64,000 nucleotides of DNA from a virus. The notes beneath the pieces are model-generated. The model saw only the letters and a list, made by a program, of their open reading frames with translations. It had not been told where the DNA came from and searched no databases. The DNA is taken from positions 50,681-114,680 of the IMG/VR virus record IMGVR_UViG_3300035670_000058; one strand, 5' to 3'. Shown here in pieces: positions 41,758 to 49,520 of the stretch. Positions within the stretch are counted from its first letter, which is position 1. Each line of letters begins with the position of its first letter. The translations under genes and the position numbers were made by a program.

Positions 41758-42778
41758 AGTATTAACTGAACAAGAAATCGAGTTAAACTCAAGCGGCAAT
41801 GGCAGATGGGTTGCGGTGTGTCCTTTTCACGAAGGCGACCGTGACCCATCTTTCACTGTTTATACGCATAATGATACGTATTATTGCTTTGGCTGCAACG
41901 CTTGGGGAGATGCTGTCAAATTCCTTTGTGACTACAAGGGATGGACTACCAAAGAAGCACAAGACTATGTTGGAGTAGACCATGAGTACAAAAAAGCAGA
42001 AAAACCGAAGGTTATCAAGACTAAGAACACTCTACGGACTTGGGAATTCCTCGATAGAGTGGCACAAATCTATCACGCCAACCTACTCACCACTAATGGT
42101 GCCTTTACCTACCTTAGAAGCCGGGGACTCAGTGACGCTACGATACGAGATTACCATCTCGGCTATACCGACGGAAGACTCCTTCAAATTGATCTCGCTG
42201 GAGACTTCGAAATCGCGCACGAATGTGGACTCATCAATAACAACGGGTACGAAACCCTTGCCCACCGCATCACCATCCCAAACTACTGCGGGGTGGGACG
42301 GTGTGATTATATCATGGGAAGAACTGTAACAAATGATCGCATCAAGTATCTAGGGCTGCGAATGCCCAAGCCAATATACGGTTTTACTGCAAATGCTAAA
42401 TCACCGATCCTATTTATGGCAGAAGGACAGTTTGATTGGCTGATCTTGGAGCAGTGGGGATATCCCTCTATTGTTATGTCTGGTAGTCATCTTCCGCGCT
42501 ATCATCAGATGTCGCTAAGGGATAAGATGGTAATCATCATCCCTGATAATGATTCTACCGGCCAAGAAACCGCAAAGAAAGTGCATGCGTCCTTGTCCAA
42601 CAGTTATATCCTAGAATATAGCCAGTTGGGGGTAAAAGATATAGGAGAATTAGGAGCGCTTCCAGACGGTGAGCGCATGCTAGCAGAATTGCTAAAGGAG
42701 CAGGAATGGTATCAAACTATACGTTCGTCGAAGGATCACTGGATGAAGTGGTTGCCGAATTCTCTAACGCAAACGTAG
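41738..42778 (+). CDS. dnaG: DnaG-type DNA primase (CHC2 zinc finger and TOPRIM)
   Basis: CPFHEGDRDPSF...YYCFGC, YLRSRGL, AEGQFD, PDND. Confidence 0.9.
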   Translation: MSKTLIEVLTEQEIELNSSGNGRWVAVCPFHEGDRDPSFTVYTHNDTYYCFGCNAWGDAVKFLCDYKGWTTKEAQDYVGVDHEYKKAEKPKVIKTKNTLRTWEFLDRVAQIYHANLLTTNGAFTYLRSRGLSDATIRDYHLGYTDGRLLQIDLAGDFEIAHECGLINNNGYETLAHRITIPNYCGVGRCDYIMGRTVTNDRIKYLGLRMPKPIYGFTANAKSPILFMAEGQFDWLILEQWGYPSIVMSGSHLPRYHQMSLRDKMVIIIPDNDSTGQETAKKVHASLSNSYILEYSQLGVKDIGELGALPDGERMLAELLKEQEWYQTIRSSKDHWMKWLPNSLTQT

Positions 42779-44505
42779 TTGCCTTCGATCTGGAAACAAC
42801 GGGCCTCAATCCTATAGACAGCCGCATCATCTTGGCGCAGTTGGGATTTCCTGATAAGACCTTTGTTATTGATGCTATAAAGGTAGATATTTCTCCCTTG
42901 CTCCCGTTCTTCAAGGACCGCAAGTGGTTGAAACTGATCCAGCAGTCCAAGTTTGAACGTAAATTCATGCAGCACTACTACAATATCCAAATCAACGGTG
43001 TTTGGGATACGTTCCTAGCAGAGAAACTGCTTGTCACAGATACAACGACAAGTGCTTCCCTTGAAGCGCTTGCGTTGAAGTATGCAAATGTGCAACTGAA
43101 CAAATCCATCCGCAAAGGTTTTACTGAGGCCCGTGCAGTATCCGCATTCACAAAGGGTGAGTTGGATTATGCTGCGGATGATGTTATTGTGCTGTTTCCT
43201 ATCTACGAAGGGCAGCGAGAAGCAATTGAGAAGCATCAACTAGGCAAGGTTGCTGATCTGGAGTTTGAGCTTGCACAGATTGTAGCAAATATGGAGTTGG
43301 TCGGTGTTCCTATTGACCAGACCAAATGGCACAATATTCTGCTTCAAACTAAGGCAGAGCATGAGCAGTCAAGGCTAAAATTGAATGCGCTGCTTTTTGA
43401 TGAAGGTAAGAATGCCGAGCAGATGGGCTTGTTTGTGCGGGATGGGATCAATTTAAACTCTGTACCGCAAGTAAAGAAGGCATTTACCAATCTGGGCATC
43501 AAGATTGATGCTACCAACGAGCGGGAGATCGGATTGATCGATCATCCGGCAGCAAAGGAGTTACTAAGATACCGTGGATTACAAAAGACTCTCTCAGCAT
43601 ACGGTGACTCATTCCTTGGTTATATCCATCCCTTTACCGGACGGATTCATGCCGACTTTCGACAACTTGGCACAGATACTGGCAGATTTTCTTGCAAGGA
43701 ACCCAATTTACAGCAAATGCCAGATAACTTCCGTCAATGTGTCGGGAGCATGGACGGGAGCGAGGTGGTCATCGCAGCAGATTATAGTCAAATTGAACTC
43801 AGAATCCTTGCCGAGTTAAGCCAAGACCCTAACTTTATGAAATCCTTCACATCTGGTGAGGATTTGCACAAGGCAACGGCTGCTACAATGTTCAATATTC
43901 CTATCGAGGATGTTACCAAGGAGCAGCGCTTCATTGCCAAGACAATCAACTTTGGATTGGCTTATGGAATGGGGAGCAACAAACTCCGCGATATCCTAAA
44001 CTCTGAGGCAGAGAAGAATGGAACCTCCAAGTACGGAGAGTTGCAGACCAAGCGTCTGATCGCCAAGTACAAGAATGCCTATCAGAAGGTTATTGACTGG
44101 CTGGACGAGGCTGGGATCGCTGCCTTCCGTAACGGATATTCAGAGACTATGTATGGTAGAAAGCGATTCTTTGTGCGCCCTGCACAGGGAATCTCGCAGC
44201 AGGATTACGATCAGCAGTTGTCAGGAATCAAGCGGCAGGGAGCAAATGCCCCAATTCAGGGTACAAATGCTGATATTACTAAACTGGCAATGGTCGATAT
44301 CCACAGGGAATTGCGAAACAATGGATTCAGCGCAAATATTATCATTCAGGTCCACGATGAAATCGTTGTGCTAGCCCGTAAAGACGAAGCAGAGGCTGTT
44401 AGATCAATTGTAGTGGCTTCTATGATTGAAGCCGCAGAGGTACTGCTAAAGACGGTACCCGTGAAAGTTGAAGCATATATAGCCGATATTTGGAAGAAGG
44501 GATAG
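42706..44505 (+). CDS. polA: family A DNA polymerase with 3'-5' exonuclease
   Basis: FDLETTGL, YAADD, TGRFS..EPNLQQ, ADYSQIELR, KTINFGLAYG, QVHDE. Confidence 0.95.
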   Translation: MVSNYTFVEGSLDEVVAEFSNANVVAFDLETTGLNPIDSRIILAQLGFPDKTFVIDAIKVDISPLLPFFKDRKWLKLIQQSKFERKFMQHYYNIQINGVWDTFLAEKLLVTDTTTSASLEALALKYANVQLNKSIRKGFTEARAVSAFTKGELDYAADDVIVLFPIYEGQREAIEKHQLGKVADLEFELAQIVANMELVGVPIDQTKWHNILLQTKAEHEQSRLKLNALLFDEGKNAEQMGLFVRDGINLNSVPQVKKAFTNLGIKIDATNEREIGLIDHPAAKELLRYRGLQKTLSAYGDSFLGYIHPFTGRIHADFRQLGTDTGRFSCKEPNLQQMPDNFRQCVGSMDGSEVVIAADYSQIELRILAELSQDPNFMKSFTSGEDLHKATAATMFNIPIEDVTKEQRFIAKTINFGLAYGMGSNKLRDILNSEAEKNGTSKYGELQTKRLIAKYKNAYQKVIDWLDEAGIAAFRNGYSETMYGRKRFFVRPAQGISQQDYDQQLSGIKRQGANAPIQGTNADITKLAMVDIHRELRNNGFSANIIIQVHDEIVVLARKDEAEAVRSIVVASMIEAAEVLLKTVPVKVEAYIADIWKKG

Positions 44506-44508
44506 CCT

Positions 44509-44799
44509 ATGCCAGAATCAGATTGGAACAAACTTTTAGCGGGGATTGATTTTACGCTCCCTGAGGGTGGCTCGCCTCCGAGTATAGAGAAAACACCGTC
44601 TAAAGAGGCTAGTAGAATGGCCGGCAAGAAGGTTTTTGTTCAAAAGATAATCACTGAGGTATGGCTATACACAGATGTAGAAGGTAAAGCCTTTGGGCAT
44701 CAAGGACTACAAGATATTATAATTGTAGGAGAAATGCCCTACGATGAGGCGATCAAGATGATTGGAGAGCGCAAGAACAAGCGCAGAAGAAGCGGCTGA
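44509..44799 (+). CDS. hypothetical protein
   Basis: ORF following pol. Confidence 0.55.
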   Translation: MPESDWNKLLAGIDFTLPEGGSPPSIEKTPSKEASRMAGKKVFVQKIITEVWLYTDVEGKAFGHQGLQDIIIVGEMPYDEAIKMIGERKNKRRRSG

Positions 44800-44800
44800 G

Positions 44801-44830
44801 TTGAACCTGTTCTTGTTGCTCTGGTACTAT
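44801..44830 (+). promoter_or_regulatory. TTGAACCT-class promoter for the tRNA cluster
   Basis: TTGAAC-18-TACTAT directly before tRNA-Ser. Confidence 0.65.
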
Positions 44831-44834
44831 ATGG

Positions 44835-44923
44835 GGAGAGATGGCTGAGTGGTTTAAAGCGGCGTCCTGCTAAGACGTTGTGCGTAACAGCACCGCTGGG
44901 TTCGAATCCCGCTCTCTCCTCCA
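44835..44923 (+). tRNA. tRNA-Ser(GCT)
   Basis: GGAGAGA/TCTCTCC stem, long variable arm, loop CTGCTAA, CCA. Confidence 0.9.
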
Positions 44924-44961
44924 GCCCAAAATCTATATTTGGGAGTGGTTAATATATTCAC

Positions 44962-45053
44962 GGAGAGTTGCCAGAGTCCGGTTTAATGGAACTGTCTTGA
45001 AAACAGTCGCACCTAAGACGTGCCGATGGGTTCGAATCCCTCACTCTCCTCCA
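44962..45053 (+). tRNA. tRNA-Ser(TGA)
   Basis: GGAGAGT/ACTCTCC stem, loop CTTGAAA, long variable arm, CCA. Confidence 0.9.
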
Positions 45054-45067
45054 TTTTAGGGGAAATA

Positions 45068-45307
45068 ATGAGCAGTAGACTAATTAGTGAAGATGAACAG
45101 TATCTTATATTAGAGCGCTACATACATGATGATACTGATGAGTTCTCTTACTGGGAATTAGATAAAGAGGCTAACCCAAAATATTCTCAAGTAGTCCAAG
45201 ATGCTGAGCATTATGTGGCATATGAATTAAAAATCAAGTATCGAATTGATAAAAAAACGGGGGAAGTTTTGTATTTAGAGTTTGATGGCATGGGACTTCC
45301 TACTTAA
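45068..45307 (+). CDS. hypothetical protein
   Basis: ATG at 45068 after the tRNA. Confidence 0.55.
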   Translation: MSSRLISEDEQYLILERYIHDDTDEFSYWELDKEANPKYSQVVQDAEHYVAYELKIKYRIDKKTGEVLYLEFDGMGLPT

Positions 45308-45309
45308 AT

Positions 45310-45383
45310 GGGGATGTCGTTCAAAGGTAGGACGACTGCTTTGCAAGCAGTAGATCGGGGTTCAATTCCCCGCTTCTCCACCA
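45310..45383 (+). tRNA. tRNA-Ala(TGC)
   Basis: G3:U70 pair, loop TTTGCAA, CCA. Confidence 0.9.
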
Positions 45384-45390
45384 AAGGTGA

Positions 45391-45594
45391 GTGATGAAGA
45401 TTGAGTTTATTGACAGGGATGAGTATATTCGGAGAACCAAATACTGGATTTTTAGCACTTCTTACTATTGCCCTGTTTGTAGTAGCACTACTACTTATAG
45501 AGAAAGATTCTTAGAATCTGAGCATCCACGCCCCAAAGATTGGAGCGATAGGAACAAGGATATAGAATCGTATGATTACTGTGATGCACTTTAA
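45391..45594 (+). CDS. hypothetical protein
   Basis: CPVC motif. Confidence 0.5.
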   Translation: MMKIEFIDRDEYIRRTKYWIFSTSYYCPVCSSTTTYRERFLESEHPRPKDWSDRNKDIESYDYCDAL

Positions 45595-45631
45595 TCATCT
45601 GGGTTGAACCTAGTATGGAGGACATGTTATA

Positions 45632-45787
45632 GTGGGAAGACCGAGAAAGGTTAAGGAAGAGTCAACGACAGAATCGGGGCGATGGGTATCCCCAACCAAA
45701 CGAGATGATATCCCTCCCGGCTATCCTAGGCCCGTTCCTAAGCCTTCGAAGAAAGGCCGCAAAGGTAAGGAAGAAACTGAGGAATAA
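45632..45787 (+). CDS. small basic protein (MGRPRK...)
   Basis: 51-aa ORF below the track cutoff; GGAGG SD, GTG start. Confidence 0.4.
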   Translation: MGRPRKVKEESTTESGRWVSPTKRDDIPPGYPRPVPKPSKKGRKGKEETEE

Positions 45788-45855
45788 CGTTCTAATCACA
45801 TGAACAGTACAAAAGTGTACCGTTCAAGTAAACAGATACTGTAAAGGAGAAGGAA

Positions 45856-47418
45856 ATGGCTAGATTGAATTACACGCGAAAGGCTGTTACCTCGCAGCGA
45901 CTCGCGGAAGAGACTACGACCAACTATGAAGGTGCTGTGGCGTTCAAGTTGACAGACCACCAGCAACTGATTGAACAGGTCTTAGGTGCGTTTTGGAACG
46001 AGAATCTGTTCTACACCAAGGGCAAGGATCAGACCGACTCTATTGTCGGATTGATCAAGTCCGTGGCGACAGTCGATCCAAAGTTTCCATTGCAGTTAGC
46101 AGCATATGCTAGAAACGTTCTCTATATGCGCACAACTCCACAGGTATTGCTTGTGGAGGCTTCGCGGATCGCTGCGTGCAAACCATTTGTGGTTGAGTAC
46201 ACGCCTAAGATTGTGAAGCGGGCGGATGAATTGGCCGAAGTTGTTGCGTATTACAGCGCACACTATGGTACTGATCCGAAAAAGCCGGGAAAGACACACG
46301 TCAATTTCCCTAACTCACTAAAGAAGGGACTTGCCAAAGCATTTACCAACTTTGATGAGTATCAACTGAACAAGTATGACTCTTCCAAGTCATCTGTCAC
46401 TCTGGGTCAGGTTGCACAACTTGTGCATCCTCCTATTGGCAAGGCACTCTATGAGTATCTTACCAAGGGTGTTGTTGATCCTGAGGCTATGCCAAAGACA
46501 GCCGCTCTCAAGGCTCTCTTGGCAAAGGATAAGATTGATGACGAGGCTTTGGAGTTAATTGCAAAGAGTGGAATCACTTGGGAGTCAATGATTTCCAAGT
46601 TTGGTTCTACCAAGGAAACTTGGGAGTTGGTTGCACCGAATATGGGCTACATGGCCCTATTGCGAAACCTACGAAACTTTGAGCAGAAGGGTGTTGATCT
46701 TGATCCAATCTTGAAGCGTATTGCTGATGAGAATGAGGTCAAGAGAAGCAAGCAGTTGCCGTTCCGGTTCTACTCTGCGTACCGTGAGGTTACTGAGCAG
46801 AAGATTCAGAGAGCAATTGCTCAGGCGCTTGAGAAGTCAATCTCCAACGTTCGACTTGACGGTCGGACTGCGGTTATGGTAGACTTGTCTGCGAGCATGA
46901 ATTCTCCGCTATCTGCACATTCAAAGGTATCATATCGGGATATCGCGTGCGTTCTTGGTGCAGTTGTTGTCAAGAAGTCTAGCAACTCAATTGCTATTGG
47001 CTTCGGGGACAGTGCCAAGACTGCTCGTATCAATCCTGATGATACGATGATGACAAACATGGAGAAAATCCAGAATCTGAATGTTGGTCACTCAACCAAT
47101 GCCTATCTGGCATTTGATGAGTTGGGCAGCAAAGAAGTTGATCGGGTAATTCTCATCTCCGATATGCAGTGCTATACTACAAATTGGGGCTGGGGGCTGT
47201 CTAGCGATAGCACTGTAAAGGATCGCTGGGCTAGATACGTCAAAATGTATCCGAATGCAAAGTTGTACTCGCTAGACGTTAGTGCCTACGGTACAGCACA
47301 GACACCATCTGATGCGAAGAACACCGTTCTTCTCAACGGTTGGTCAGACAAGATCATCGATCTCATCAATGTCTATGACAAGCGTGATGCGATGGTCGAA
47401 GAGATTCGTAAGTTTTAA
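45856..47418 (+). CDS. TROVE-domain Ro60/Rsr RNA-binding protein with C-terminal vWA
   Basis: NYEGAVAF, YAR...MRT, RADE, FDEYQLNKY, TWE, MALLRNLRN, SKQLPFRF, DLSASM MIDAS, ISDMQ, GWSD. Confidence 0.92.
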   Translation: MARLNYTRKAVTSQRLAEETTTNYEGAVAFKLTDHQQLIEQVLGAFWNENLFYTKGKDQTDSIVGLIKSVATVDPKFPLQLAAYARNVLYMRTTPQVLLVEASRIAACKPFVVEYTPKIVKRADELAEVVAYYSAHYGTDPKKPGKTHVNFPNSLKKGLAKAFTNFDEYQLNKYDSSKSSVTLGQVAQLVHPPIGKALYEYLTKGVVDPEAMPKTAALKALLAKDKIDDEALELIAKSGITWESMISKFGSTKETWELVAPNMGYMALLRNLRNFEQKGVDLDPILKRIADENEVKRSKQLPFRFYSAYREVTEQKIQRAIAQALEKSISNVRLDGRTAVMVDLSASMNSPLSAHSKVSYRDIACVLGAVVVKKSSNSIAIGFGDSAKTARINPDDTMMTNMEKIQNLNVGHSTNAYLAFDELGSKEVDRVILISDMQCYTTNWGWGLSSDSTVKDRWARYVKMYPNAKLYSLDVSAYGTAQTPSDAKNTVLLNGWSDKIIDLINVYDKRDAMVEEIRKF

Positions 47419-47420
47419 TA

Positions 47421-47496
47421 GATTAGGTAGTGTAAGCGACGGTTACTTCTTCCTGCAACTAAGACCCGTTCCGTTGCTGCTTTTAATCTCCTAATC
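47421..47496 (+). ncRNA. Y-RNA-like element 1 (minimal; anticodon-like hairpin cargo)
   Basis: GATTAGG/CCTAATC stem, TAGTGT/TAATCT internal loop, TACTTC. Confidence 0.65.
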
Positions 47497-47500
47497 ATAT

Positions 47501-47573
47501 GGCCCCATCGTCTAATGGCTTAGGATATGACTCTTTCAAGGTAATGATCGGAGTTCGATTCTCCGTGGGGCTA
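47501..47573 (+). tRNA. tRNA-Glu(TTC), no encoded CCA
   Basis: GGCCCCA/TGGGGCT, loop CTTTCAA, GTTCGATTC. Confidence 0.8.
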
Positions 47574-47593
47574 CAGTTTTTATTTGGAGATTT

Positions 47594-47893
47594 ATGGAAT
47601 GGAAAGAGCATTATGCTCTATATAAAGAAGGTTATCTAGAACGAAATAAAAAGAAGCGAGAAGCATCTAATCGCCTAATTAGGGAAGCAAAAAATAAGCC
47701 CTGCGCCGATTGCGGGGTAAAGTATCCCTACTATGTTATGGATTTAGATCATATTGAGGGGCAAAAGACGGGAACTCTCGCTCATATGAAATCGTACTCT
47801 GAGAAAAGAGTACAAGAAGAAATAAATAAATGCGAGGCAGTTTGCTCAAACTGTCATCGAATACGAACATTTAATCGTAATAGCGTAGTGTGA
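47594..47893 (+). CDS. HNH endonuclease
   Basis: PCADCG...MDLDH...KCEAVCSNCHRIRT. Confidence 0.85.
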   Translation: MEWKEHYALYKEGYLERNKKKREASNRLIREAKNKPCADCGVKYPYYVMDLDHIEGQKTGTLAHMKSYSEKRVQEEINKCEAVCSNCHRIRTFNRNSVV

Positions 47894-48050
47894 GAATCGG
47901 GTACTTCTACACCTTTGTTTTGTTTTGAACACACAACTCACCAGCATGGATATGTCAGCACGGGAGGATGGCCCTTGTGACTCTTAGGAAAGGACTAAGT
48001 GACGAATCGGAAGTAAGACGATAAAGCCCCCGATCCAGTTAATCTCGCTA
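47881..48050 (+). ncRNA. Y-RNA-like element 2 (non-tRNA cargo of about 120 nt)
   Basis: TAGCG/CGCTA stem, TAGTGT/TAATCT, ATCGGG/CCCGAT, TACTTC. Confidence 0.6.
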
Positions 48051-48064
48051 GATATTAGATATTA

Positions 48065-48204
48065 TATAGGATAGTGTAGGATACAGTTACTTCGCTTGGG
48101 ACGACAAGACGGAGGTTCGAATCCTTCTTCCCCAACCAAATCGATGGGGAATGGTGCAATGGCAGCACATGTAAAATTTCTGTGCCCGTTCTAATCTTCC
48201 TATA
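48065..48204 (+). ncRNA. Y-RNA-like element 3 (YrlA-like; permuted tRNA-Pro cargo)
   Basis: TATAGGA/TCCTATA stem, TAGTGT/TAATCT, TACTTC, T-arm and CCA preceding the D-arm. Confidence 0.75.
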
Positions 48205-48228
48205 ACTGTTAATATATATGGATAGTCA

Positions 48229-48433
48229 TCGCTTATCCGGTAGTAACCATTACATAATGCAGTAAATATATAAGTAGACATTACCGACTTCACCACCGGC
48301 CCTCTACTTTGACATAGAGGAATTGGTTATTCTCCTGCTTGGTTACTACCGGATGCGCGACGGCGCAGAGTCCGTAATGCTGATGAATTGATGTTCCGCG
48401 ATAGCGTCCGGTAAATCTAAATTGAGGTAAGCG
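48229..48433 (+). ncRNA. unclassified structured RNA candidate
   Basis: perfect 15-bp stem 48235-48249/48340-48354 and inner hairpins. Confidence 0.45.
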
Positions 48434-48441
48434 GTAGTTTT

Positions 48442-48574
48442 TAAGTGTAGTGTCTCGTAACGGCTACTTCGTAAATCAATGGATAGATTATTGTACTCTT
48501 AATACAACTGTTGTCGGTTCGAATCCGACCGAATATCGCCGCAAGGCTAACCCGTTACAAACTAATCTCACTTA
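48442..48574 (+). ncRNA. Y-RNA-like element 4 (tRNA-Lys(CTT)-like cargo lacking a full acceptor end)
   Basis: TAAGTG/CACTTA stem, TAGTGT/TAATCT, GTAACGG/CCGTTAC, D, anticodon and T arms in normal order. Confidence 0.7.
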
Positions 48575-48579
48575 TCTAT

Positions 48580-48656
48580 TCCCGGTTGGTGTAATTGGTA
48601 AGCATTCTTGTCTGTTAAACAAGCGGCTGAAGGTTCGAATCCTTCACCGGGAGCCA
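48580..48656 (+). tRNA. tRNA-Asn(GTT)
   Basis: TCCCGGT/ACCGGGA, loop CTGTTAA, CCA. Confidence 0.9.
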
Positions 48657-48673
48657 GCACAGAAGGTGGGCGC

Positions 48674-48862
48674 ATGGCAAACTTTAAGAGGAAGCGAACC
48701 AAGCATATCACAGAAAGTCAGTGCGGACGTAAGCATTGCAAGTATGATCTAGTCCACACTCCTACCGAGAATGGCCGGAACAGATATCTTCCAATGTACT
48801 GGAAGAAACTAGGGGGCCACAGACCTTGGAGATACATACATAAGAATGTAGACAATCTTTGA
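48674..48862 (+). CDS. small basic protein
   Basis: MANFKRKR...C....C. Confidence 0.5.
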   Translation: MANFKRKRTKHITESQCGRKHCKYDLVHTPTENGRNRYLPMYWKKLGGHRPWRYIHKNVDNL

Positions 48863-48933
48863 CCCTTCGTCTAACGGTAGGACCACTGACTTTGGATCAG
48901 TTAGTCGGGGTTCGAATCCCTGAGGGTCAGCCA
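48860..48933 (+). tRNA. tRNA-Gln(TTG)
   Basis: TGACCCT/AGGGTCA, loop CTTTGGA, CCA. Confidence 0.9.
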
Positions 48934-48947
48934 ACTTAGGAGATATT

Positions 48948-49520
48948 ATGACAGATGATTTAGAGTCTAGGTGGACTCCGGCAAGAGATTGGTGCCCCCA
49001 TCCTGAATACTGGCACTCTCCCGACTCTGAGGCTACAGAAGTAGAAGTCTCAGAGTTTATTGGTTCTCTGGTAAGAATGATCCAACCAGATTTTGTACTG
49101 GAGACAGGAACCTACATGGGTCATACGACCCTAGAGATTGCTCGCGCTCTTTACATGAATGGACACGGTAGGGGAATCTCGCTAGAGGCTGATGGGAATT
49201 TAGCCGCAGAAGCACAGAGAAGACTTCAGAATTTCATGGGTTCTAATAACACTGTGCAAGTATTAAATATGAACTCAATGGAGTATAATCCCATTGAAAA
49301 TATTGATTTTGCCTTCTTTGATTCATGGCAGGAAGGGCGTATCCTAGAATTTGAGAAGTTTTACAATGCTGGGTGGTTAAAGAAGGGCGCAATTGTCGCC
49401 TTCCATGATACGGCTCCGCACCATCAGGTGCGCAAGTCCATTGTTGAAGGTGGGCATGATTATTTTACTATTATTGATTTCCATACTCCTAGAGGACTGG
49501 TTTTAGGGCAAGTAAAATGA
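48948..49520 (+). CDS. class I SAM-dependent O-methyltransferase (Methyltransf_24-like)
   Basis: VLETGTYMG, IDFAFFDS, GAIVAFHD. Confidence 0.85.
   Translation: MTDDLESRWTPARDWCPHPEYWHSPDSEATEVEVSEFIGSLVRMIQPDFVLETGTYMGHTTLEIARALYMNGHGRGISLEADGNLAAEAQRRLQNFMGSNNTVQVLNMNSMEYNPIENIDFAFFDSWQEGRILEFEKFYNAGWLKKGAIVAFHDTAPHHQVRKSIVEGGHDYFTIIDFHTPRGLVLGQVK

Noticed and set aside
48380-48430. Hammerhead ribozyme (CTGATGA present)
   Set aside because: No correctly placed GAAA or stem III could be found
48450-48752. ORFs 48450..48752, 48087..48296, 53618..53998 and the 5' extensions of 45020 and 53320
   Set aside because: They overlap tRNA or Y-like RNA genes; shadow ORFs
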